DNA of 64,000 bases from a bacterium (GTDB taxonomy: Bacteria > UBA10199 > 2-02-FULL-44-16 > JAAZCA01). The position numbers were made by a program, and so were the translations under genes. The notes beneath the pieces are model-generated. The model was not told the DNA's origin and did not search any database. It saw only the letters and a list, made by a program, of their open reading frames with translations. The stretch lies in contig CAXXGI010000002.1 of assembly GCA_963674695.2 (NCBI GenBank), forward strand, positions 512,001 to 576,000. Reading direction: 5' to 3'. Positions 8,655-17,700 of this stretch are shown piece by piece. How positions within the stretch are numbered: position 1 is the stretch's first letter; every line of letters begins with the position of its first letter.

Positions 8655-9122
8655 TCATCGCCTTCTCTTGAGCGCGGCGGACAGTTCGCGATTCGATTCG
8701 CGTTTCTTGATCGAGGCGCGCTTGTCATACTGTTTCTTGCCCCGCCCCAGTCCCAACTCGACCTTCGCGTGACCCTTTCGGAAATAGACCATGAGCGGCA
8801 CGAGCGTCAAGCCGCGTTCGTGCAGTTTCACCGCGAGCTTGGCGATCTCCCGCGCGTGCAGCAGGAGCTTGCGCGTGCGACGGGGTTCGTGCCCGAAGAT
8901 GCTGGCTGGATCGTAGGGCGCGATATGGGCGTGCAAGAGCCAGACCTCATGATCCTTGATGATCGCGTAGGAGTCGGCGAGGTTCACTTTTCCCGCGCGC
9001 AGGCTCTTGACCTCGCTGCCCATGAGCACGAGCCCCGCCTCGATCTTGTCATCGATCTGAAAGTCGTGGAAGGCCTTCCGGTTCTTCGTGACGACCAGGA
9101 TGTCAGAGGGTGTCTTCTTCAT
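8655..9122 (-). CDS. smpB: SsrA-binding protein
   Basis: NRKAFHDF, EAGLVLMGSEVKSLR, RTRKLLLH, GKKQYDKR. The start was corrected to ATG 9122. Confidence 0.97.
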   Translation of the reverse strand: MKKTPSDILVVTKNRKAFHDFQIDDKIEAGLVLMGSEVKSLRAGKVNLADSYAIIKDHEVWLLHAHIAPYDPASIFGHEPRRTRKLLLHAREIAKLAVKLHERGLTLVPLMVYFRKGHAKVELGLGRGKKQYDKRASIKKRESNRELSAALKRRR

Positions 9123-9693
9123 GTGCCAGGTGTCGCCCAAACTGCTCGGCGAAGACGATCGTCTGCAGCGGGTGGCGCGGTGTTGCTTCGGGTTTTTCGC
9201 GCGCGGTGCCCAATGCGATGAGGGTGACGACGTATGCGTTTTCCGGAATGCCCAGCACCGGACGCATCCGTTCCTGTTTGAACTGCGAGATCCAGAGGCT
9301 TCCAAGTCCTTCGTCGGTGGCCGCCATCACCAGGTGATCGGCGGCAATGGTGGCATCGCGTACGGTCTTGATGAGCGCCTCGACGTTCCGCGGGTCATCG
9401 GCGGAGGGCATGCTTGAGGCGAACTCGGGTTTGAGCTTCGCCGAGATATCGCCGATGACGGCGATGGTGACCGGTGCCTCCGTGAGCGAAACCTGTCCCT
9501 CGGCGGCGGTGAAGAGCTTCTTCTTGATTGCCCGGTCGCGCACCACGATGAAACGCCAGGGCTGGCTGTTGTTTCCTGAGGGTGCAAATCGCGCCGCTTC
9601 GAGGATGCGTTCGAGTGTGGCGTCGTCGATGTCGTGCTGTTCATATCGACGAATGCTGCGGCGTTTCTTGGCCAAATCGAGGAAGAAACTCAT
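9103..9693 (-). CDS. Nitroreductase family protein
   Basis: RRSIRRY, APSGNNSQPWRFIVV, AATDEGLGSLWI. Confidence 0.93.
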   Translation of the reverse strand: MSFFLDLAKKRRSIRRYEQHDIDDATLERILEAARFAPSGNNSQPWRFIVVRDRAIKKKLFTAAEGQVSLTEAPVTIAVIGDISAKLKPEFASSMPSADDPRNVEALIKTVRDATIAADHLVMAATDEGLGSLWISQFKQERMRPVLGIPENAYVVTLIALGTAREKPEATPRHPLQTIVFAEQFGRHLAHEEDTL

Positions 9694-9771
9694 GGGGTAG
9701 CTCCGTTGATGTCGTAAAATCGGACCATAGCGGCCGTTTGTCTGCGCGTCAAGTGGCCTGCGAGGAATGGG

Positions 9772-10407
9772 TCAGGGTGTGGCGGGTTCGTGGTCCTGAA
9801 CGATGCCGCCGCTGATGATCAGCTTGAAGGCATATTCGATGCTGATGTTAATCTTGATCGCGTCTTCCTGCGGTACCATGATGAGAAAACCCGAGGTGGG
9901 GTTCGGCGTGGTGGGGACGAAGATGTTGATGACGTGCGCGGCGGTGGCATCCTGAATCTTCCGAATGGGTTCACCCGTGACGAAGCCGAGCACCCAGCAG
10001 CCCTTGCGCGGATATTCCACCAGGACGACGCTCTCGAACTTGTCTTCGCTGCGCGTGAGGATCGTGCCCAGGAATTGTTTGATGCTCTTATAGATCGTGC
10101 GCCCCAGCGGAATCTGTTCGATGATGCGATCGCCGAGTGCCACCATACGGTTGACGATATAGAGGCGCGTGATGAAACCGACTCCCAGGAGGAGGACGAC
10201 GGTCACGATGATGCCGAAGCCGGGAATATTTCGGCCGAAGAGTGAGGCTGGCTGCATGCGCAGCGGCAAGAGCGAGATAACCAGGTCGTCGATGCCGGTG
10301 ATGATAAATTTGAGAATCCAGATCGTGGCGATCAAGGGAATCGTGACCGCCATGCCCGCGAGCAGATAGCGCTTGAAGATTCGTTTGAGGGATGTTCCAA
10401 AGTTCAT
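9772..10407 (-). CDS. DUF502 family membrane protein
   Basis: Two TM segments, VLVEYPRKG, FVPTTPNPTSGFL, LIISGG. Confidence 0.93.
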   Translation of the reverse strand: MNFGTSLKRIFKRYLLAGMAVTIPLIATIWILKFIITGIDDLVISLLPLRMQPASLFGRNIPGFGIIVTVVLLLGVGFITRLYIVNRMVALGDRIIEQIPLGRTIYKSIKQFLGTILTRSEDKFESVVLVEYPRKGCWVLGFVTGEPIRKIQDATAAHVINIFVPTTPNPTSGFLIMVPQEDAIKINISIEYAFKLIISGGIVQDHEPATP

Positions 10408-10446
10408 GGTCTGTCCCTGGAAAAGTTATGCATGTCGTTCATAAGG

Positions 10447-10517
10447 TGTCATTCCCGCGAACGCGGGAATCTCGCTTTTTACAGTAGATCGAGATCCCCG
10501 TTTTCACGGGGATGACA
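10447..10517. repeat. 71-bp TGTCA-tagged REP-like double hairpin, copy 3
   Basis: TGTCATTCCCGCGAACGCGGGAATCTCG...CGAGATCCCCGTTTTCACGGGGATGACA. Confidence 0.9.
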
Positions 10518-10566
10518 AAAAGCAATGCCCCCTTTGCTTGGAGGTATGGTCACGTGAGGACACGCA

Positions 10567-11856
10567 CTACGCCGACTTCAGAATGTTTCCGTCCACCACC
10601 ACGGTGACGACGCGCTGGGGATCGGTCTGTTTCACGAGCTGTTCATAGAGTTCGGATTCGTTCGGTGCGTTTGTCGCCTCGGGTGCGCGCACGACGATGT
10701 AGTCGGCCTTCTTTCCCTGTTCGAGCGTGCCGATCTGCGGGTCCAGCCCCAGCGCGCGCGCGGATCCGACGGTTGCCATGCGCACGACATCGCGGGCAGT
10801 CAGGGCCGACGGCTCCGTCGCCATCGCGGTGCGCATCTCCTCCCACAGGTTGAACCCGAGGCGCGTGTGCCATCCTTCGGTTCCGAGCCCCACCGGAATG
10901 CCGTGCTCCATGAGCTTGGCATAAGGGAATTTGCCGTGCTTCATGACCGCGTTCATTGTGGGGCACCAGACCACGCGCGCGAGACTTCGCGCGAGGACCG
11001 CAAAGTCGTTGCCCGACAGATGGAGCCCGCCGACCACGATCGTGGGTGCGTCGAAGAAGTTGATGTCGGCCAGATAGGTGATCGGCGTCTTGCGCTGTGC
11101 GGGCGGCAGTTCCAGCCACCCCAGCGCGGGGAAGACGTCGGTGGCGATCGGTCCTTCCGAATCGAAGAAGAATTCCATTTCCGCAAACGATTCGGCGGCA
11201 TGGATCATGAGCGGAATGGAGGCATCGTGCGCGTGTCGGCTGATGATGCGTAGGAGATTTCGCGAGAGCAGATACGGTGCGTACGGTCCTAGCCCCACAC
11301 GTGTGCGGTCAAGCGTGTCGTCGGTGTATTTCTCCAGGAGTGCGAGCGCCACTTCGAAGCGCTGCTGAGCCGCATCGCCGCGCCCCGCCAAAATCTCCGG
11401 AAAGATCACGGCGCGCAGGCCCATCTCATCCAGAATCTTGAACGTCCCCTCGAAGTGGGTCATATCGCCCGCACAGGTCACCCCGGTTTCGATGAGGCGG
11501 GTCACCCCCTTCTGGATGCCGTCCATCACTTTCTCGGGTTCCGTCTCCTGTTTATAATCGATGGAGGAAATGAGCGTGTCGATGAATTCGACGTGCACGC
11601 CATCGAGGCTCGCATCGGCAAAGGTTGTCGCCGCGTAGAAGGTGGTCAGGTCCAGGTGGCTGTGGGCGTTGATGAGCCCCGGCATGAGGATCGACTCTGG
11701 ATTGGTTTTGACCGGGGCGTCCGGGTAGCGCTGCGTGAGTGCTTCAAGCGTCCCTACCGCGTGAATCTTGTCCAACTCGACGGCGATGGCGCCGTCAGCC
11801 ACCGGGGCGCAGCCGTTGGTCATGGGGAGCATCTGGGAAGCGGTAATAATTTCCAT
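10567..11856 (-). CDS. Amidohydrolase superfamily protein (MtaD/aminofutalosine-deaminase-like) with a divergent active site
   Basis: MPGLINAHSH, PYAPY, HAAES, GTLEQGKKAD. The substrate cannot be determined from sequence. Confidence 0.85.
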   Translation of the reverse strand: MEIITASQMLPMTNGCAPVADGAIAVELDKIHAVGTLEALTQRYPDAPVKTNPESILMPGLINAHSHLDLTTFYAATTFADASLDGVHVEFIDTLISSIDYKQETEPEKVMDGIQKGVTRLIETGVTCAGDMTHFEGTFKILDEMGLRAVIFPEILAGRGDAAQQRFEVALALLEKYTDDTLDRTRVGLGPYAPYLLSRNLLRIISRHAHDASIPLMIHAAESFAEMEFFFDSEGPIATDVFPALGWLELPPAQRKTPITYLADINFFDAPTIVVGGLHLSGNDFAVLARSLARVVWCPTMNAVMKHGKFPYAKLMEHGIPVGLGTEGWHTRLGFNLWEEMRTAMATEPSALTARDVVRMATVGSARALGLDPQIGTLEQGKKADYIVVRAPEATNAPNESELYEQLVKQTDPQRVVTVVVDGNILKSA

Positions 11857-11879
11857 GGGTGCCTTCCTTGCGGTTGTTC

Positions 11880-11953
11880 GTCATTCTGAGTGAAGCGAAG
11901 AATCCCTTGAACCTATCGATTTACTGGAGATTCTTCGCTTTGCCCAGAATGAC
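11880..11953. repeat. Second REP-like family (GTCATTCTGAG.GAAGCGAAGAATC...GATTCTTCGCT...CAGAATGAC)
   Basis: Terminal inverted repeat GTCATTCTG/CAGAATGAC and inner inverted repeat AAGCGAAGAATC/GATTCTTCGCTT, in an intergenic position. Confidence 0.8.
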
Positions 11954-11994
11954 AGCCGATATGCCAGAACATCCAAAAAAATCGCGTTAATCTA

Positions 11995-12858
11995 TCAGAT
12001 GCGGGCGCGAGGAGCAATATCGAACAGTCGGTTGTCGATGAGGCGGGCCGGGCCCACGAAGGCGGCAAGTGCCAGCAGCGCGTCTTTCTGCACGGTGGGG
12101 ATTTCTTCGAGGGTCTCGGGGTCGACGAGTGTGGCGTAGTCGATGCGGGGGATTCCAGTCGCTTCGATTATTTCACGGACTTCACCGAGGATGCGTTTGG
12201 CCGAGGTCTCGCCCGCGCCGATCATCTCGCCGGCGCGATCGAGCGCGCGGGAGAGCGATGTGGCGGCCGTGCGTTCCTGAGGCGAGAGATAGCGGTTGCG
12301 CGAGCTCATCGCCAGGCCGTCGGCTTCGCGCACGATGGGGCAGCCGACGATCTCGACGGGGAGACCCAGGTCTTGCACCATGCGGCGGATGACGGCCAGC
12401 TGCTGAAAATCCTTTTCGCCAAAGAGGGCGATGTCCGGTTCGACGATGTGGAAGAGTTTCGCCACCACCGTCGCCACACCGGAGAAGTGCCCGGGGCGCG
12501 AGGCGCCACAGAGGTGTCGCGCGATATCCGGAACGTCGATTCGCGTCTGGGCGCCCTCGGGATACATGATCGCATCGGTCGGCAGAAAGACGGCATCGCC
12601 GCCGACGGAGCGGACCTGGTCGAGGTCGCCCGCGAGATTACGCGGATAGGCGGCGAGATCCTCGTTCGGTCCAAACTGGGTCGGGTTCACATAGATGGAG
12701 ACGACGAGGTAATCCGCGTGTCGCTTCCCTTCGCGCATGAGCGAGAGGTGTCCCTCATGCAGCGCGCCCATCGTCGGCACGAAGGCGATGCGCTTTCCCT
12801 CACGCCGGGCGGTGCGGGAGAATGAGCGCATGCGGTCGATGGTGTCGAAGGTCTTCAT
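11995..12858 (-). CDS. panC: Pantoate-beta-alanine ligase
   Basis: VPTMGALHEGH, VNPTQF, FGEKDFQQ, GLAMSSRN, RLIDN. Confidence 0.98.
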   Translation of the reverse strand: MKTFDTIDRMRSFSRTARREGKRIAFVPTMGALHEGHLSLMREGKRHADYLVVSIYVNPTQFGPNEDLAAYPRNLAGDLDQVRSVGGDAVFLPTDAIMYPEGAQTRIDVPDIARHLCGASRPGHFSGVATVVAKLFHIVEPDIALFGEKDFQQLAVIRRMVQDLGLPVEIVGCPIVREADGLAMSSRNRYLSPQERTAATSLSRALDRAGEMIGAGETSAKRILGEVREIIEATGIPRIDYATLVDPETLEEIPTVQKDALLALAAFVGPARLIDNRLFDIAPRARI

Positions 12859-13709
12859 GGTGTTTCGTTCGTCCGATGATGGCCGTGCGCTTCGGTGGGG
12901 AAGGTGCCTTCACGCACTTCGGCGACGAAGCGACTAACGGCGTCGACGACGAACGCGTGGCCGTCGGCATAGACCTTGAGAAAGCCGGGTTGGAAATCGG
13001 GGTTGAGCCCCAGCAGATCTGTCACGACGAGCACCTGTCCCGAGCAGTCTGGTCCCGCCCCGATGCCGACGGTGGGAATGGTGATCGCCGCGGTGACATC
13101 GCGTGCGGCCTCGATGGCCACGCCTTCGAGCACGATGCAGAAGGCACCGGCCTCCTCGAAGGCGCGCGCTTCGTCGATGAGTTCGTTCGTCGCATCCTGT
13201 GTGCGTCCCTGGATCTTGTAGCCGCCCATGGCGTGCACGCGCTGGGGTTTGAGCCCGATGTGCGCGATCACCGGAATGCCGGCGGCCACCATGAGTCGCG
13301 TCGTCTCGACCATCTCGAGGCCGCCTTCGATCTTGATCGCCCCCGCGCGTCCGTCTTTGAGCGCGCGTCCGGCGGCGAGCATCGCCTGTGAGGGAGAAGC
13401 CTGATAACTCATGAAGGGGAGGTCGGCGATCACCATCGCGCGCTGGCTTCCGCGCGCCACGCAGCGGCAGTGATAGAGCACTTCGTCGAGCGTGACGGGA
13501 ATGGTCGAGTCGTGCCCCTGCACGACATGCCCGAGCGAATCGCCCACGAGGATGAAATCCACGCCCGCTTCATCGACGAGCCGCGCCATCGTCGCATCAT
13601 AGGCCGTGATCATCGCGAGCTTCTCCCCCGCGCGATATTTTTTCAGGATGTTCGAAACCGTAGTTCGTTTCATGGTTTTGTAATGGGGGCAAGTTTTGAC
13701 GTGGGACAT
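12855..13709 (-). CDS. panB: 3-methyl-2-oxobutanoate hydroxymethyltransferase
   Basis: TAYD, LVGDSLG, KIEGG, HIGLKPQ, GIGAG. An alternative start is ATG 13673. Confidence 0.98.
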   Translation of the reverse strand: MSHVKTCPHYKTMKRTTVSNILKKYRAGEKLAMITAYDATMARLVDEAGVDFILVGDSLGHVVQGHDSTIPVTLDEVLYHCRCVARGSQRAMVIADLPFMSYQASPSQAMLAAGRALKDGRAGAIKIEGGLEMVETTRLMVAAGIPVIAHIGLKPQRVHAMGGYKIQGRTQDATNELIDEARAFEEAGAFCIVLEGVAIEAARDVTAAITIPTVGIGAGPDCSGQVLVVTDLLGLNPDFQPGFLKVYADGHAFVVDAVSRFVAEVREGTFPTEAHGHHRTNETP

Positions 13710-13723
13710 GTCCTGTTTTTGTT

Positions 13724-13803
13724 TGTCATCCCCGAGTGCTTGAATCGGGGATCTCGATGTACGCTTGAATCGGGATTCCCGATTGAGACATTCGGGAATG
13801 ACA
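13724..13803. repeat. Variant 80-bp TGTCA-tagged REP-like element
   Basis: TGTCATCCCCGA...TCGGGGATCTCG ... CGGGATTCCCGA...TCGGGAATGACA has the same architecture as the 71-bp family with longer loops. Confidence 0.8.
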
Positions 13804-13814
13804 CCTCTTTGGGG

Positions 13815-14456
13815 CTATCTCGCAATCAAATGTACCGTGCCGCCGCGGTGGGAGAGGATTGCCTTCTTGAGGTTGGAGAAGTCCTCGGGGTTTTCGATGT
13901 AGTTCTGGTTCGAGGTGTCCACGACCAGCAGCGGGGTCTCCTCATAGGCGAGGAAGTGCCGGTTGTAGGTATCGGTGAGCTTGCGCAGATAGTCCTCGGT
14001 GATCGGGGTCTCGTATTCGACGCCGCGCTTCTTGATGCGCTGCATGAGCACGCGCGGTTCGGCCTGCAGATAGATCACGAGGTCGGGTTTTAAGAGCCGC
14101 TCGTGCAGGAGCTGGAAGACGGTGTTGTAGAGCGCCATCTCGTCGTCGCTCAAATTGATGCGCGCGAAGATCGCATCCTTGGCGAAGGTATAGTCGACGA
14201 TCGCCATCCGGTTGAACAGATCCATCTGGCGCAGGCCCAGCTGTTGCTGATAGCGGTTGAGCAGAAAGAAGAGCTGCGTCTTGAAGGCGTTGGTCTTGGG
14301 GTCCTTGTAGAACTCCGGCAGAAAGGGGTTCTTCTCCGCCGGTTCGAGCACCAGGTGCGCGTCGATCTCCTCGGAGAGCATGCGCGCCAGGGTGGTCTTT
14401 CCCGCGCCGATCGGTCCATCCACCGCAATATAATGAAGGGGCTTGGTCGATTGCAT
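13815..14456 (-). CDS. Deoxynucleoside (dA/dG/dC) kinase
   Basis: P-loop DGPIGAGKTT, QLFFLLNR, PDLVIYL, RIKKRG. This is its usual position next to panBC. Confidence 0.93.
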   Translation of the reverse strand: MQSTKPLHYIAVDGPIGAGKTTLARMLSEEIDAHLVLEPAEKNPFLPEFYKDPKTNAFKTQLFFLLNRYQQQLGLRQMDLFNRMAIVDYTFAKDAIFARINLSDDEMALYNTVFQLLHERLLKPDLVIYLQAEPRVLMQRIKKRGVEYETPITEDYLRKLTDTYNRHFLAYEETPLLVVDTSNQNYIENPEDFSNLKKAILSHRGGTVHLIAR

Positions 14457-14661
14457 ATCTGGGGTCTAACAGAGCGAAAAACCTTTGTCCAGGACGGGGA
14501 AAATGCGGCATGAGGTCGTGTGCGCGTTGACGCATGTCATGTTTTTGACGCAGATGTCCTCTCGATTCGATTATCGTGATGATAAGTCGTTTTCTTTGTG
14601 AAGAAGTGGCATGTAAGTCTATATATTATAAGCATATTTTAAATTACCCCGCAAAATACAC

Positions 14662-14678
14662 TTGGTACATATTTTGCT
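14662..14678 (+). promoter_or_regulatory. sigma54 (-24/-12) promoter of the giant gene
   Basis: TTGGTACATATTTTGCT has GG-N10-GC spacing, about 63-69 nt upstream of the start. There is an AT-rich tract upstream and a direct repeat TTGACGCA at 14527 and 14545, a candidate enhancer. Confidence 0.7.
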
Positions 14679-14740
14679 TATAAGTCTCCTTGCTCCATGT
14701 TAGGGAAATACATGTCTGTGGATAAAAGTGTGGGAGTATA

Positions 14741-17700
14741 GTGTTCATGCAGCTTAGCGAGCATTTCAGGAAATCGCGAGCCATTCGCATCATCGTCAGT
14801 ATTCTGACAATGGCGATGGTGAACCTGCCAATTCCGCGTCAAATCTGGGCCTCCCAGGCTACCCCACGCACGCCGCTGTATGCCCAGCACCTCAATATGC
14901 CCGGAACCTTCTCCACCCAGACGACGATCGAGAAGACGGCCGAGCCACAGACGATCGATGGCCTCTCAACGGTTGATACGGACATCAAGAAGCTCGGCCC
15001 GATTTCCACCGTGCGCGAGATCGACGCGACGCTCGTTCCCACCAAGACCGACGATCGGTATGCATTGGTTCCGATCGTCAAAGAGATCTCCAAGGGGCTC
15101 TTCGAGGCCGACAGCGATCAGTGTTCAGTCGTCATCGGAAAGAAGATCGAATTACTGGAGTGCAAGGGTTTCATCGTTGTCGATGGCAGCGAGGGCAAGG
15201 GCGAGGTCAAGCTCGCCGATCCGGATCATCTGCGAAAGATGCAGGAGGAGCTCGGCGAGCAGCTCGTGCTGCGCATCGATTTCACCGACCCCGAGACGGG
15301 CGCCGATCTTGTCGTCAGTGCGCGCGTGGAGACGGCGGCCGAGGAGCTGAGCGAAGAGTTGACCGATGGGCTCGGTGACGGCGAAGGTGAGGGCGAAGGC
15401 GAGGGGAGTGGAACACTTACGCAAGAGATCATCGACGGCGCGCCGCCGTCGGAAGAGCCTGCGGCGACGGGAGAGCCGACCGAGGGCACTGAGGCAGTGA
15501 CGGATGCGATTTCCGAGGGTGTGGGGGAGACGACGCCGGAGCAGACTGCGGAAAACACAGATACGGAAGCGCCCGACGATGCCGACGTCCCCGTCGAACC
15601 TGCCGAGACCGCGACGACCGAGAGCGGCGCGGAATCAGCCGAGACCGCACCGACATCGACCGAGCGCCCCGAGGGCGAGACGTCGACCGCCGATGCCGCA
15701 TCGGAATCAACACGCGAAGACACGCAGGCACCCCCTCCCGCCGAGAGCACTGCGGCACCGATCGCGCAGGCCGCGTCCGTTCCGCAAACGGAATCAGCGT
15801 TCGATCGTGTCAGCCGCGCGTTTGGCGAGTTCTTCGGCACGACTCCGTCATCGCCCACACCTGCGCTGACACCGACTGCGCCCATCGGTTCTACGAGCGG
15901 GACGTCCGCTTCGTCTGCCCTGCCATCGGCATCGACGGCATCTTCGATGCAGGCGGATGTCGGTCCGGCAGCATCACAGGCCGAAGTGCAGGCCGCACCG
16001 GAGCCAGAAGGGGGCACGCCGGTCTCTCCGCTGCCCGAAAACGTGGATGTCTCAGGGGGCACGGGTGCCACGTTCGGAACGCAGATCGATCCGGTTCGTG
16101 ACGTTCCCGATCTGTCCGCTTGTTCCTGCGTCGTCGGCGCACCCGACTCCGACAACGACGGCGTCTGCGATTCCTGCGACAACTGTGTCACCGTCCCTAA
16201 CGGCGATTGCATGAAGGATGCCGCGCGCTGTGACATCACCGGCGATGGCAAGGCCAACTCCTACGAGCGCACCGTCGGCAACCAGATGGACCGCGACAAC
16301 GACAAAGTCGGTGATGCGTGTGATAGCGATATCGACGGCGACGGCCTGCCCAACGATATTTTGGTTTTGCCCCAGAATCTCATCGGCGGGGCAAATTTTA
16401 AGGCGCGTATTGTTCGCAATAACGAGATCAAGGTTGTGGCCTATGATCCCATCAACAACGACGATCACGCAGACGAAGGTTTTGATTCCTATTTCCGCGT
16501 CAGCGCGTCGGCCCTGGGTCTCGATGAGTTTCTTTCCTGCTCACGAGGGGTGATTGCATGGGGAAGGAATGATCTCCCTGACAGCAATATTCCCGACTAC
16601 GTGGATATCATCGATACGAGTCTCGACGACTCCTTCAATCCGAACGATTCCCTTCCTGCGGGCAACTGGAAATCGACGCACAGCGGTTGGCGCGAATGGT
16701 ATTACAAATCGAATGCTTGCAGGGACAACAACCCCTTCGTTCCAAACGCTCTGGATGAGAGCGTTCCGGTCTATGAGAAGGCGGGCGATAATTCCACCGA
16801 TCGCCTCTCGCACTGGAAGAGCGCTTCGTTGCCGCAGTTCTATTATGTGAAGACGGGCGATGCATGCCCCGAAGGCGATGCGCGTTCATGTAGGGGAGGG
16901 GGAGATGCGGGCAGCAAATGTATCCGTGGCAACTGTTACAATGTCTGGCGCATACCCGACACCGAATTTGCGGTCTATTCCAAGCAGAATGTCCCTCGCG
17001 AGATCGTCGATGTGCCGGTGGAGGAGGATGTCGAGTTTAAAGATTTTGTGAGCGATATTTATTATGCTCGGTACGAAAATATGCAGCGGTCGTATTTTTC
17101 GAGCGTGGAATCATGCATTGAAGCGAAGGTGGAGGATCTCGTTCCCTGCTCATCCGATTTCAATTGGAGCGTTCCCGGATGCAGCAACTTTGACTGTCTG
17201 GGTGAGAAATTCTCTGCAGTCGATATAGGCGTTACGACTTCAGCGGAACTGGCGGATCGCTCTTTAGATTGTAGTTCCTATCCCAGCATGCTGAGGGTCT
17301 GTGCATGTGGTGCACGCCAATCTTTTTGGTATAACTGTGTAGGTGCCGTTTCGCATAATATCTATAGCGGGCAATCGAGCTTTGGTCCAGATGACGCGTG
17401 TCTCGATAGCAGGTTGCTGTACTGGCTTTGGGATTTCCAGAGCAGAAACAGTAGCTTTGAACCGAGTACATGCGGTGAGGGCGGTCTTGAAAGTAGGTTG
17501 AGGACGGAACTCAATACAAAGCGCGCTTTGATTCGTGAGAAATGGAACGAATGTGAGGCGGCTTGCACTCCAGATGGTGAATGGGCCAAAACGTGTGAAG
17601 ATGCATGGTGCCAAGATCAACGCGCGAAACTGAAATCAGATCCGTCAATACGCGAGGAGTGCGAGGAGGAGCTGCGAGAGAATAGGCTGTTTGCCCTTCG

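Noticed and set aside
9123-9305. Long N-terminal extension of SmpB (similarly pal 57285-57542, FmdB 57670-57825, and 60426-60671)
   Set aside because: The extensions overlap neighbouring genes or promoters; family homology and SD sites begin at the internal ATG.
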